A stretch of 62,473 bases of DNA, counting the filler, from Sphacelaria rigidula (Eukaryota), in assembly GCA_964200075.2 (NCBI GenBank). It is 7 parts of 7 records of this genome, joined end to end, with 100 filler letters (N's around TTAATTAATTAA, not from the genome) between each part and the next. Parts side by side here need not be neighbours in the genome. Positions count along the whole stretch, not along the records: positions 1 to 8,839 come from CAXNAA020009972.1; positions 8,940 to 17,778 come from CAXNAA020009973.1; 5 more parts are not named here. The stretch is one strand, 5' to 3'. Positions 1 to 11,679 of the stretch are shown piece after piece. Positions within the stretch are counted from its first letter, which is position 1. The number at the start of each line of letters is the position of its first letter. A program made the position numbers and the translations under genes. Below the pieces are notes generated by a model. The model was not told where the DNA came from. It searched no databases and was given only the letters and a program-made list of their open reading frames with translations.

Positions 1-55
<55 letters not shown>

Positions 56-437
56 CATCATTATTATTATTATTATTCTTGTTGTTGTTGTTGCTGTTGT
101 TGTTGTTGTTGTTTATTCCGTGGGACAAGTCGGGTCCAATGCCGCTTTTCACCGAAGAAGGTATGGGACATGTCGACGTGATGAGGCCAATCCTGTGGCC
201 TCGCGGTGTCTCGTCATTCCTGAATACTGGAAAATCTGAGTCAAAGAGTCGAGTCAACACCAAGCCTGAATGCATAAACGTTCCTTTTGATCCGCTAGCG
301 CGGGCGAGGGGAGCCGGGGGGGACTCCTTCGAAGGATTTGTATTCATTTTTAATGCAACTCGTATCATTATATCTGTACATTGACCCGGTTTCTCCGACC
401 CGTTATCACAGACGTAGATTCGTCTTTTACAGTACCG
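1..437 (-). CDS. Probable downstream exon of the DDT gene, ending in a poly-Asn/Asp tract; runs off the contig end, acceptor uncertain
   Basis: Stop-free minus frame ...SKESPPAPLARASGSKGTFMHSG...DLSHGINNNNNSNNNN; the (ATT)n/(GTT)n microsatellite at 1-110 reads as Asn/Asp. Confidence 0.4.
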
Positions 438-799
438 TCACTACTATTCCTTACATTGGTATCCCACCTCCTATCGCATTCTACCCAAAGATATAATAGC
501 GCCTGGTGTTTTGGGGAGATGTGTGTTATCGTACCGCGTACACGACATCTTCGTGACTTTGCCAGCATCTTCAACACCGAAACATGAAAGATAAGCGGTT
601 CTTCTTGTTTTGTTTCATTTCCGCGATTTTTTTCTTCAATAATTCATCTTCCTAATTGCTTCCTTCTTCACTCAAACGTACACATCGTACCATTCCTATG
701 CTCGCTTGCTCGTACTCTTCCTGTCCATCAAAACATGTCCGAGGTGAGGACACTTTTTTTTTTTTTTCATCTTGGCTTTCCCTCCCCCTTCTACACCAT

Positions 800-1100
800 A
801 AGACACCCATGAGGCAGTGTGGAGTCAGTGGCTGTATCTGAAAGTAGCGATACCAGATAATGAAGCAACTCATTGGAGGCTGCCATCCAAATGCGAGATA
901 ACCAGTACGCTTCGGGACGAACAATATTACTTGGCAGGATCCAGCTTACTCTTCATGCGACTCGTCGAACACATCACAGCGCTTCGCGGTTGGTGATGGA
1001 TTCCGGGCCTGGTCCGGCGAAACCCGGCGTGCTCCGTCCCGGCTTTGTAGGGATGCGAGATCAATGGTCATATGACTACCGCATTCAAGATCGTGAGTAC
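800..1100 (+). mobile_element. Poly-C-targeting non-coding retroelement, long form, 5'-truncated
   Basis: Homologous to 19728-20284 (reverse); ends ...gatcgtgagtac followed by a C-rich tract. Confidence 0.8.
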
Positions 1101-1303
1101 ACCCTCCGCCATTCACCTTCTAGACTTCTCCGCATGCGCCTAAACAATATAGACGCCAATTAAAAAATCGCACAACAGAAATGAAAACCATACGGATACA
1201 GATGACAGGCTCCCTTCCGCCCTCTTGTCTCCATTCCACTTTTCTTCCACTTTTGAGTGTGTGTATTTCCTTCCAAAGTGTCCTTTCATGTGTTTTTTCT
1301 CAC

Positions 1304-1408
1304 CTTACCCCGAACGATGGCCGAGTCCATGAGCATGTCTGTCAGCCATCTTTGGAGGGACAGCTTTTGCGTGATCGACAGCTCGCCGTAACTGCATTGC
1401 TCCAGCGA
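1304..1408 (-). CDS. DDT gene exon: WHIM1-like motif
   Basis: tag|SLEQCSYGELSITQKLSLQRWLTDMLMDSAIVRGK|gtgag; phase 0-0, in frame with the previous exon; fits the Y..L....KL..L..L.D WHIM1 pattern. Confidence 0.8.
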
Positions 1409-2273
1409 CTATGATAGTCAACGTCGTAGTCAGGATTCAGTCGCAGGAACGAAATATCGAGAGAGGAGGGAAGTTCATGATACACGTCGTTCACATCGTG
1501 TTGAAGCGGTGTACTACACGCTCATAAACGAAAACAGAATAACGTCTATTTTCACAGGCATTACACCGTCGAAAAGACTGATCTACAGCAAATCACTAAA
1601 CACATGAGCGGAATCAGAATTGTCTACTCCTTGCGCGGTACATTAGTGTGAATTGATCTATACTTCCGCTGGACAGACCAATTTGCTCAGGGCACACACG
1701 TGGCAATGACACAAAAAAAAAAACAGCACACTCGAATCTGTGGAAGATAATTGGTTCTTCCGTACATATGCTGCAATACTGTGTGGGTTCATAATACTCA
1801 CAGTCGGTTCGTAGTTGGCACAGTACGTCGAAAATCTACTGCAAAGGAGAAGCAAAAAGAGAGAAAAAATGGCCCCAGTACTTGCACGCCTTCTAAAAAG
1901 ACAAAACAACAGCAACAGCAACAGCAACAGCAACAACAACAATAAAGACATGACACAACAGGAGTGACTGCCCGCCATCAGCTACAGACACCTCCCATTC
2001 GGTCAACAAGTCCCATGGCCTTATCCCCTTCCCCTAACGTGTTTCTTGATTGATTGATCCAATGATTACTTGATTAACACACATCGTGGCTATACACAAC
2101 ACCGACAACACCACCACCAACATCAACCACGACCGTCAACAAAAGCAACAACGGGGACGACGACCTCCGACTAAGCGCGGACGCGGTCCTCAGATCTTGT
2201 CTTGTGGGGTTTCAAAAACTCTCCCCGTACCCCTGCTCCTTCTTCTTCAAGATACGAGCACGTTTCAACGCAC

Positions 2274-2438
2274 CTGCACCGCTGTGGCCACGGGATGTCC
2301 TTCTTCGGGCCACTCCTTCTGCCCGTGCCTCGAAAACAACGCTCGGGTGTACCTCAACTGTGCGGACAAGAACAACCTCAGCACCTCGGGCCACGTCGCC
2401 GCGTTGAGGAGGTCGCCGAGTACCCTCCGCACGGGTTT
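2274..2438 (-). CDS. DDT gene exon containing the LLNAATWPEVLR motif
   Basis: cag|KPVRRVLGDLLNAATWPEVLRLFLSAQ...VATAVQ|gtgcgt; TWPEVLR is typical of DDT/BAZ/BPTF-type proteins. Confidence 0.85.
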
Positions 2439-3280
2439 CTGATCCCAGCCCAAACAGCATCGCCAGTATCACCAGCATCACCGACATCATCGGCGCCACC
2501 ACATGTACCCAAAACCAATTCCAGTCGTTGTGGGATAGGATTACACCCGCCACGTCACGCCACGCCACGCCACGTCAGGTCGCCGCATCACGTAACCGCA
2601 CGCCCGTTGCGTGTGACGTCGACATGCATATCAAGCGTTGCACCACGCCGGGAACCAAGCCGTTGAATCGAACGTCCAGCCGGAAAGAAATAATCAAGGA
2701 AATATGCGAATGCACGCAACCAGGTCGGAGAATGGCGAGAACAGGTCGCGTTTGATTGCATGCTTTATGACCACATTGCATCCATGGAAACCGAACCAAA
2801 CCGTCCTCGGTACCAGTGCTATGCTGCAAAATATATTTTTTCCTCTCCCAACTGTTAAGAGGAGACACAAACCATTTCCGGCAGCAGCCCTCTGCAACTA
2901 GCATGGATTCTTTTCCCACACAAAGACCGACGTATGTTCCTTCAGTCTATTACAGTACGGTACCATTTTTGTTTTCCATGCGACAAATCCTAACGTCCTC
3001 GTCACAAATGCATTCATACGTTTCGCCTCCTGGCCATTATAGACACACATCAAGCCCTTTGGGAAGACACGTCTGTCGCACCAGGGCTCACAGAATCCAG
3101 CATGTGCAAGTAGCACCGTACTTTTTTGCAACAAAACGCTTCACCAAACAAAGCTGTGTACAAGTGGTTTATTCGTGAATCTGCCCATCTTCATCACAGG
3201 CAACCATGCATTATATTATCAGTCCCACACAAAAAAGAGAGAGAGAGAGACAGCCCCAACCACACACAAGCAAAATTCAC

Positions 3281-3369
3281 CATAGAATTGAAGGAACTCT
3301 CAGCGACAATCGAGCAGGAGCCGTCTTGATTCCTTCCAAGCGCTGCCCGCAACAGAACCATGTTAAGCT
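3281..3369 (-). CDS. DDT gene exon (end of the DDT domain)
   Basis: ttttccag|(E)LNMVLLRAALGRNQDGSCSIVAESSFNSM|gtgaat; phase 1 start matches the previous exon. Confidence 0.8.
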
Positions 3370-4329
3370 CTGGAAAATAATAAACAACGACAATAACAAC
3401 AGCAACAACAGCGAGAACATTCGTTTTTCCGGCAGGGAGCAACACCAGTAACAACACTTTAGTTTTTTACTTTTGGAGAGAGCGAGGAAACACAGGGAAA
3501 GTGCAAACCCATTGTTGGCTTGCGCGTATTCGTTTCCGTTCCTCCTTTTGTTCTAGATACTACAACATCCATCCGATCATGGGACATCTCAGCACACACG
3601 ACAAAACAAGCGGAGACATGACAAGACAGTTTTAAACGAGCGCTACCACTTACATTTGAACCGCGACGTGTCTTCATCTACGGTATCGGTTGCGCCAACA
3701 TATGTGCGTGTTTTCTACTACACAAAATGAACGCCAGTACATCTGGAAACAAAGCCGCAACGCGGATGACAAGCCCAGCCCACTGGACCCGAAACGACAT
3801 AAAATGCTAAAATCTAGCTATTTATTTTCTCTCCCCGTTGAACTCGGGGGATCTACTTTTCACCGGTTCTCATGGCGTATCTCTTCTTTTTCTCTTTGGT
3901 AATGTGTCTTGTAAGGAATGGCAGGGACGATATTGGAAAGGCGAGCCTACTTCTGTGACCACGGGTTCGCGAGATCGGACTAATGTGCGGAAATAATAAT
4001 AATAAATGCGAACAGAACAAACGTACGCGGTCGGACCGAGGTGGATGCCTACTCCACGGAGAATGAAGCAGAAGTGTTGTTCCATGACCGCCCGGCTTAC
4101 AATACATCGAACGAAAACCAGAGCGACTACTGGACAACTGACGGTACTACAGCATATTGAATCGTGGTTCAACTTTGCTCCTGTAAGAGGTACACAAAGT
4201 GAAATCACGTATTCCATTTTTACCTAAATTTTAGCGCGGTTTTGAAAACAGCGTAACGCGCAGCAGAAAAATCCTTCCGGAAAATGCCCCCCTCCCTCCC
4301 CGCCGCCTTTATCCTTATTCTCTGCTCAC

Positions 4330-4438
4330 CGACCACTAGCGGATGTACTCCCTCCTTCCCACCCGAAATCACGGCGCTCTCAAAGTCATCCAAAGTGAGA
4401 CACGACAGCTGCTCCGCTTGTAGCTCCGGTCCAAACGT
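4330..4438 (-). CDS. DDT gene exon (DDT core)
   Basis: aacag|TFGPELQAEQLSCLTLDDFESAVISGGKEGVHPLVV(G)|gtgagc; matches the DDT F...L.......LDDF..A pattern; absent from the ORF track. Confidence 0.85.
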
Positions 4439-4707
4439 CTGTTACCCGCGGAGGGTAAAGCATACAAACGCGAACATCGTTATTGATATTCCGGCGGTGG
4501 ATGCAGCGACCGCGAGGAATTCAGATGTCTACATACATCAAGTGTATATTTATTGTTTGATTTTATTTAATGTTTTCTTATCAACGCGTTACAGGCAATC
4601 CACGGCAGCCGAGAAAGAATCCCCTACGAGTACACACAATATCGCAGCAGGCCTTTTATATGTACCTATTATAGTACAGAACTTCTCACATTTGAGGAAT
4701 ACACGCG

Positions 4708-4748
<41 letters not shown>

Positions 4749-4911
4749 AAGAAGTCTCCTTATTCGTGCGAAAATATTCGACAACCCCGCTTCTTCACCC
4801 TCCCAGATCATTCGAGAGCATATGCGCAACGATTGTACACGACTAAACAGTGGCAACATGTGCTGACAAAATGTATGCGTTATATAAATCGCACGTTTTC
4901 CGCTGGATCGC

Positions 4912-5276
4912 GGTGTTATGTGTGTGTTGTCATCTCATGTGTTCTGGACGCCAGTCTACACCTTTCGGTATACGTGGGCGCATCAGCCAGGGTCACTCAG
5001 GAGGAAGGCCAACACAGGAGTTTTCTTTGTTTGTTTTAGCACTTCACTTTCCTCCTGCTGTGCTCGCCTTTCTTTTTTTATCGCGAGAGGGGTGTAGCAG
5101 TCCCTTTCTCGTCGACCCTGAAGTCCAATTTTTGTGTACCCACATATGGTCGCTGTCCACTGTTGGGCATTGTGTGTGAAAAAAATCCCACATCGTGTGA
5201 CTGCACCGAGATTCGTACCTACAACCCAATCGTCAAAACGTTTCGAGGTTACCAACTGAGCCACCGGGGGCGACCG
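4912..5276 (-). mobile_element. tRNA-derived SINE family 1
   Basis: Head ggtcgccccggtggctcagttggt (A box), degenerate B box, ~360-bp body and CA-rich tail; other copies at 36161, 50110, 53702, 54719. Confidence 0.85.
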
Positions 5277-5333
5277 TACAGGTAATTCATGCCTGCAAGG
5301 ATTGACATTTTTCACCATTTTTTTCGAAATCAC

Positions 5334-5372
<39 letters not shown>

Positions 5373-5803
5373 GAGGGAACGGAACAAATCAAAGCAACTT
5401 ACTGCCGACACCACGCCATAACGAAAAACTGGCTACCGCAGGCACTGTATCGGTGCTCTACTTGGAGAGCCTGGGTTCGTGGACACAGTGTGCACAAGCT
5501 GTCGGTCGTGGGGAATGACCCCCGCGGATATTGTCTAGGGGACCGGAACTACGGAACCCCAGGAACGTCAAGAACATGCTCTCCACTTTCCGACCGAATG
5601 AAAGACGATCGCATCGCATGGGGCCGTCGATTCTACTGCAGTCAGTGCGTTGCAGTCAATCCATGAGCTATCGTGCACCCGTTTAGCGCCCTCAGATGGC
5701 ACAACCATGCCAGGCAGTGACACAGCAAGTGAACAGAATGCTGGTTCCACGGATGCACACCCTGGGCGTTTCACGGGGGGCAACGACACTTTGCGCGCCG
5801 TAC

Positions 5804-5971
5804 CTTCAAGAAGTCCCACACGGCAAGGAGATCGCCCACTGCCTCCGCTGGGACCTGCATGCGGTGTACAGGGGCAAGCCTTTCCGGCCGCCGTGGAGGC
5901 AGATTTTCCCTGCCGTCGGCCTCCCTCTCCCGCTCCTCCGTCGCGTGGAGAATGTCGTCCTCGATCAACTC
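5804..5971 (-). CDS. DDT gene exon (start of the DDT domain); DDT-WHIM1 chromatin regulator, ISWI partner-like
   Basis: tgcag|ELIEDDILHA...VPAEAVGDLLAVWDFLK|gtacgg; GDLL.VWDFL is the DDT N-terminal motif; five exons splice in frame. Confidence 0.85.
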
Positions 5972-6143
5972 CTGCATTTCGTCGGCGCGAAATAACGACC
6001 GAGAGTATAAATTGCAAGAACAGACACAAACAAAAAGGCCAGCGTGACAAGACAGTACAGGGATATTGCGAAAGCCGATGATGAGGGATAACACAATTTT
6101 CGCGGTTGCACTGAATTTGATCACCCCCCCCCTCCCCCCCTCT

Positions 6144-6221
6144 GGAGTAGGAACGGTGCTCCGTCTCGAAAGTGATGCGTGGTCAATGGTCACGTGACTG
6201 AGGCAAGCAACAAATGAGTAC
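6144..6221 (+). mobile_element. Poly-C-targeting element, short subfamily A
   Basis: ggagtaggaacggtgctccgtctcgaaa...caacaaatgagtac, flanked on both sides by ccccccctct. Confidence 0.85.
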
Positions 6222-8344
6222 ACCCCCCCCCCCCCTCTCTCTCTCGCGTCGGGACTTCTGGAACTAGCCATCTCGTGATCTTGCGGGTATAACGATTTTG
6301 AGTAAGGACTGACTGCGTATTCGTTCCTCCCGAGTTTTCTGTCCCCGAGACCGGCGGGGCGAAGCTTGCGAAGGGGCTAGAGCCATGTTTCAGCCTTTGT
6401 GAGGCTTGAGGGTCTGCTTCACTAGGCAAGGAAAAATGGATGCTGAGCGGGGACGTTTTTTTGGCGTTTGAAGCCGTCAAATCGACGCGTTATTCAAGGG
6501 GGGCGAGGAGGGGATCCAGACGGAACACACACAAGAAGCAGGTTACGGGAGATATCACTCAGCACCCTGAAGATCCAACAACTACTATAGGGCATGTCTT
6601 GCGAGGGGACTGTACAAAAGTGGATCCCCAACGTGTTGCCCTTTTTGGTTCATTTCTCACCAGAATTATAGTGAGAGGCCGGTAGACCCATTCCAGCTCG
6701 CGACCTAGAGACGAGGTGCACTCCAAAACCGTACGGCACCTCATGTTCAAAGTAGGGTAATTTGTCATTTCTTCGTAATTAGCGATTTTCTTGGGTTCTT
6801 TCGCTTGCCCCCGCTCATCAACTTGGGGATCTGAAGATACTAGTATCCGCTCCACATTCCCAAGAAAATGAAATAATCTGTATTCAATAGACTGAGTGAC
6901 TTACGGGCTGATATGTCATTGGGGGTCCTGCCACTTTTCAGCCCCAGATTCTGACTCTTCGGTATTTTCGATCGATTGGGCCTGTCTCGTTCGTATTTGT
7001 GAAGAAATGAAAATGTTTGTTTTCTTTCATTCTACCCACTCATTGCACTAGAGCCGGAAAACTGTGTTTCACGGTCGATGACACCCTCCTGATAAACGGG
7101 GGGTATCTACTCGTAACGCCGCTAACACCAACTAACACTATTTTGGGCACAGTGTTTTGGAGACGATCTGTTCATTTTACCAAAATCTACCGACGCTAGC
7201 ACGTTCAAGTTCTATCGAAGAGTAGTACGCGAGAAAAACCCCGAAACAACGCAAGGTACTTCGGATGAGAGCAACTACATTGATAAAAAAAAGAGAGGAG
7301 ATTTTGGTGCTGCATGAAATAGCGCAATGCCACTCACGGGAAGTGACGCAACTCTCTCAACTATTACGCTAAAAACAACTTGCAAGCAAGCATTGTGTGA
7401 CGGGTTTATATTCTAGGTTGCCTATCTGTCTCGAGGTCACATGTGTGATACTGACGTCATCGGGTCGAAGAACGCATATAATTCACTAGATACGCTGTCT
7501 TCGGGTCGGTTTTAGGATAACAACAATTTCTTCTTTCCCTGACGCTCGTTAGAGTACATATTCAGCGTGCGCACCCACCAGTAGTGTATCAGTTGATACT
7601 ACGCCCTGATTGGCCTCGGATACACGTGTGTCGGTGCCCCTATGTGCGTTTGGGTGTGCGCGGGGGGCTCAGACCGTGACCCTACAGAGGCACATTTGAA
7701 AGCCATAAATAAGGACTGCGAACCCTCTCTCGGAAATTGAAGGCCTTACAAGCAGTACGCACCCCTGGGGCACCAACATACCATAGTCCTTGGGGTCGTT
7801 TGTTGAAAACCGCAAACACGCGCAACGGTGAATTACCCACCCTGCTGCAGAGTGGATGACAGCTGTTTCGCCGCATTTTTTGGTGACAACGTTTGTTCTG
7901 GAACAAGTCTGTCAACGGGCTGTTGCGACACTACCCTGAGGCTATGCACCCACGCTGCATCATCCGCAGTATCTTCGGCCATGAATCCGTTGTTCTATGG
8001 TGCTGCTGTAGATAAGGCGTGTTTGACTCCATAACTCAGTATTCGGGGCTTTCCACAGTATTCTGAACCCAGTTTAAAAGTGGGTTGCGCCGCATTTTGC
8101 GAACCGTAACGAGGTTCTAGAGAGAACCATCGAGGAAAGCACACGTTGACTCGAACCCAGTCAAGCAACATCGACGGCCGTTTCGCAATGAGCTTTCGAC
8201 TCCCCCAACGCGCACAGCACTCGACTCACCTCCAGCAACGTCCGTATTACATACGAAAGATGCATAGTCAATGAACGACACATCCCGAACACTTCCCTAC
8301 AACTCAAGATGATGCACACGAAAAAAAACTCACACAAAAACACA

Positions 8345-8600
8345 CGCCAGCGAAAGACTCCACACGTAGGACGCGCACGAGTATGACTCGTGGCACTTGC
8401 AATCGATGGGCTGCTCGTTGTGGAAACACACAGTAGGGCGAGTACTCGAGTCATTGCTCGTTGTGGAAAAAAATAGTAGGGCGAGCACTCGAGTCATTGA
8501 GTGTTTTGGAAAAAATAAATAGGGCGAGTACTCGAGTCATTGCTTGTGGTGGAGAAGTAGATGGCTCGAGCACATGAGTCATTGCTCGTGATGAACGACT
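8345..8600 (+). repeat. Dispersed repeat with ~40-bp tandem units (tagggcgagYactcgagtcattgctcgttgtgg)
   Basis: About 5 units here; same head and units at 35940-36670. Confidence 0.8.
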
Positions 8601-8761
8601 TGAGTGGAGGAGTCAGGAATTCGACGAGCAGATAATTATAATGGGCTCTTCGACGATCTTGAACCTAAAATCTTCAAGTTCATATGCATATCTGCACATG
8701 TTCAAGCGTCAGGCTCCAAAGCTCGTTTTCATTTTACTCCCCCCTCCCCCCCCGACAGAAA

Positions 8762-8821
8762 CGTCTCGAAAGGGATGCGTGGTCAATGGTCAAACGACTA
8801 AGGCAAGCAACAAATGAGTAC
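8762..8821 (+). mobile_element. Poly-C-targeting element, subfamily A, with a 16-bp TSD
   Basis: ccccccccgacagaaa at 8746-8761 and again at 8824-8839. Confidence 0.9.
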
Positions 8822-8839
8822 GCCCCCCCCCGACAGAAA

Positions 8840-8939
8840 NNNNNNNNNNNNNNNNNNNNNNNNNNNNNNNNNNNNNNNNNNNNTTAATTAATTAANNNNN
8901 NNNNNNNNNNNNNNNNNNNNNNNNNNNNNNNNNNNNNNN
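8840..8939. other. Artificial 100-nt contig linker (N run-TTAATTAATTAA-N run). Identical linkers at 17779-17878, 26718-26817, 35657-35756, 44596-44695, 53535-53634
   Basis: Same N-flanked six-frame stop motif recurs every 8,939 bp; 7x8839+6x100=62473. Confidence 0.97.
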
Positions 8940-9636
8940 CTCGCACTCAATCACCCAGAGCGAAGCGCCGTGGTGTGTTCTGTAATGCGTGAGAGGACCG
9001 CGTGCTTAGAGGACCGCGGCGTAGTCCAAAACACCCCAGGATCGACATCTTTTTACACCAATTGGGCCAGTCCCTGCAGGTACCACGCCCCTGACCCTAA
9101 CCCCAACACTAACCCTAACCCTAACCCTAACCCTAACCCTAACCATACGGATATTCAATTTCAGATGCGGTCCTTCAAGCACGCGGTCCTCTCACGCATT
9201 ACATGTTCGGCGAGTCGCATGAAGGGTGAGCTGCATCTTGTGAGGATTGTTTGGCCCGAAGCCTACTGATTATCTTGCATTCGGATGACAGCCTCCAATG
9301 AGTTGCTTCATTGTCTGGTATCGCCACTTTCGGAGACAGCCACGGCTTTTACACTGCCGCATGGGTGTCTCACCACTGAAGCACCACGTAGAACGATCAT
9401 CCCTATTGTGCGGAGTCGAGGATCTTCCACGCCGCACAACATGATACGTCCCGACTACCATCACGGTCACCGCGAAAGAAACTTGAGCGTGCAAAACAAA
9501 TCGGGAACCTGATTGCCTAGCTTACGCAATGAGTGGCATGTTCTATAGCGCCATCGCCAACCGACGCCAGCCCCAACGGGGGTCCGCCCCTACGAAGCCG
9601 GGACGGGGCACGCTGGGTTCTCGCCTGAGCAGGCTC
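8940..9636 (-). mobile_element. Poly-C-targeting element, long form, interrupted by a MITE and cut by the contig start
   Basis: Colinear with 19822-20284. Confidence 0.85.
8981..9203. mobile_element. MITE with TGT..ACA ends, ~37-bp TIR, 5-bp TSD (TGTTC) and internal (CCCTAA)n
   Basis: TIR TGTAATGCGTGAGAGGACCGCGTGCTT; the empty site gtgtgttcggcg is visible in the paralog at ~19855; copies at 11083-11287 and partial at 16894-17000. Confidence 0.9.
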
Positions 9637-9879
9637 TGCCGGGATTGCGGTGGGAGCTCTCCTCGCGTGAAGCAATGTAAGGAGCCCCGCCGTCGCCTCA
9701 TCTCCGCGTAGTGAAGACGAATCATCGGGCCGTTTACAAAATAGCATACCTATTACTGCGCAGCGCACGGACAGAAATTCAGAAGAACACTATCCGCTTG
9801 TACATGTAGTTAATGGTATGCAGAATTGTAGGCGAAGCCTGTACGCAGTAATGGTCGAGTAGAGCCGCTACGGGCTTGT

Positions 9880-10620
9880 TCAGCATCGCACAGAACGGCG
9901 ACATCGCACGCGGGTGCACTTGAAACGCAAATACCACATGACGTGATTCAATTTACGAGCGGGGATCGGCATCATCTCACCTAGATGCGAGAATAATGAA
10001 TGAGCCAAACGGTTTGAAACGCGATCGGACAGAGGTGCGATGGCACGCATACTAGCGGTGTAATGGCGGTGTAGTGCTCTCTCAATAGACAGGCTTCGCT
10101 GTCGGTAGACGGGCCTCCAACGTGTCAACGGACAGGGCCTCAAAGAGTATGCAAAGTAGCGGTCGAGCTCACTTGGGTTATGCAGCACAAGACAGGAGGC
10201 GATGATGTTCACCAGCGCTTTTTTGGCTGCGACAACAGTACACAGCCAATCCCTTCTCGGAGCAGAGAACTGAAGATGGGTTAGAAACATGTGAGCGATA
10301 TGGGAGATTGAAATCGACGAACCCAAGTCGCCACGTTTCTCAGAAAAGAAACATTCTTCACGTCCGTCAAAACCTCTTGTATCTTTTCATTCAATGTCCT
10401 GCTGATGAGTCAGTCTTATCAGCTCTCACGACAGATTATGTTGCCTTCCTTATCGTCACGGCTCCGCTACAACATCTAAGTACGGTACGTTGTCGACCTT
10501 ACTACGCCGAGTAAATCGATGGATTGAAACGGGTACATGGAATCGTCACAAGCCGTACACACATCATTACAAATGGCCTTATAAAACATTCAACAGTAAA
10601 CAGTTTAAGCAGACATAGCG
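9880..10620 (+). pseudogene. Highly decayed reverse-transcriptase relic, Penelope-like
   Basis: Ordered remnants GVVLSQ*TGFAVG..S, GGDDV, FFTSVK and thumb-like SKYGTLSTLL; 10350-10590 is paralogous to 17005-17260. Confidence 0.4.
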
Positions 10621-11082
10621 ATTTTTCGAAATCCATTGTATCTTCAGCGCGGAAACATTGGCAAGCATTTGTTCTTGTTTCGGCATGTTCCACCACTACT
10701 CATCCCTAGCACAGAGCGACGGGTGTGCAGGTAAGGGCATCGAGAGGCAAGGAGTGGCACCACGGAGTGCCCCACATCACGCGGGGCATCCCATCGGGTT
10801 CGTGTTGCACACGTATAGCGGCCGGTTATCTTGGTATATATTTCAATCCTGTGTACGTCCGGGTGTCTCGCTGCAGGTGCCATCCGCTTCGAGGACGGGA
10901 ACCTCACAATCAGTGGCGTTACGACGTTCGAGAGCAGCACTGCTGAAGATTTCGGAGGTGAGGCACAATCCACGCCAACACAAATTGAGCAGTAAGCACC
11001 CCCGTGATCGACAGCAAGGCTGCCCACTGCCGGACGGCTACTGTGAATGGTTTGGACGGGAAACTCTCGGGTTTGCCCTACG

Positions 11083-11287
11083 TGAAATGCGTGAGAGGAC
11101 CGCGTGCTTATAGGACCGCGCCGTAGTTCAAAACACCTCAGGATTGATGTTTTTCAAAACCAATCGGGCCAGCCCCTACAGGTACCATGCCCCTGACCAT
11201 AACCCCAACACTAACCCTAACCCTAACCATGGGGATGTTCAAATTCCGATGCGGTCCTATAAGCACGCGGTCCTCTCACGCATTACA
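11083..11287. mobile_element. Second copy of the telomeric-repeat MITE
   Basis: Same TIRs and ccctaa repeats; degenerate TSD ctacg/taacg. Confidence 0.9.
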
Positions 11288-11679
11288 TAACGGGCCATGT
11301 GCAGCGTATCCGTCGAGCACACGAAAGTAACAGGACTGCTGATTGAATGGTAACACACCCCCTTTGTCATTGCCGAGTAGGTTCACGATTTGTTCAGGAA
11401 GTGCTTCTCGACAACAAGAGCCGCTGAACGCTGTATGCACCTCATTCGATTGATGTTCACGTGGTTGTTTTCAGTGAAGCGCCGCCACATGCTTCCGCCA
11501 GAAGCATGCAGACCATGTTCGTTTGGTCGTATTTCCTCATCTTGTAGCTCTGAATAGCGACGAGGTGGTTCGGGAGGAGATGATGTGTGGTGACAGCCGT
11601 TATTCCCGTACACTGTATGAGGTACCTGTTAACACCGAATAAGCCCTGTCTTGTGGACAGATGGTGCATATACTGTCAC

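Noticed and set aside
2170-2273. Frameshifted continuation of the DDT exon (KKKEQGYGE..QDKI)
   Set aside because: A clean donor at 2273 splices in frame to a better WHIM1 exon at 1304-1408.
4284-5039. 251-aa plus-strand ORF
   Set aside because: Antisense to a DDT exon and runs through a microsatellite and a SINE.
5205-5276. tRNA genes at SINE heads (also 12423, 36161, 54719)
   Set aside because: No complete cloverleaf, and each continues into a shared repeat body.
8884-8895. TTAATTAATTAA as a biological motif (piggyBac TTAA or PacI site)
   Set aside because: Always embedded in N runs at fixed spacing; a synthetic six-frame stop linker.
9090-9145. True telomere
   Set aside because: A short internal tract inside a TIR-bounded MITE.
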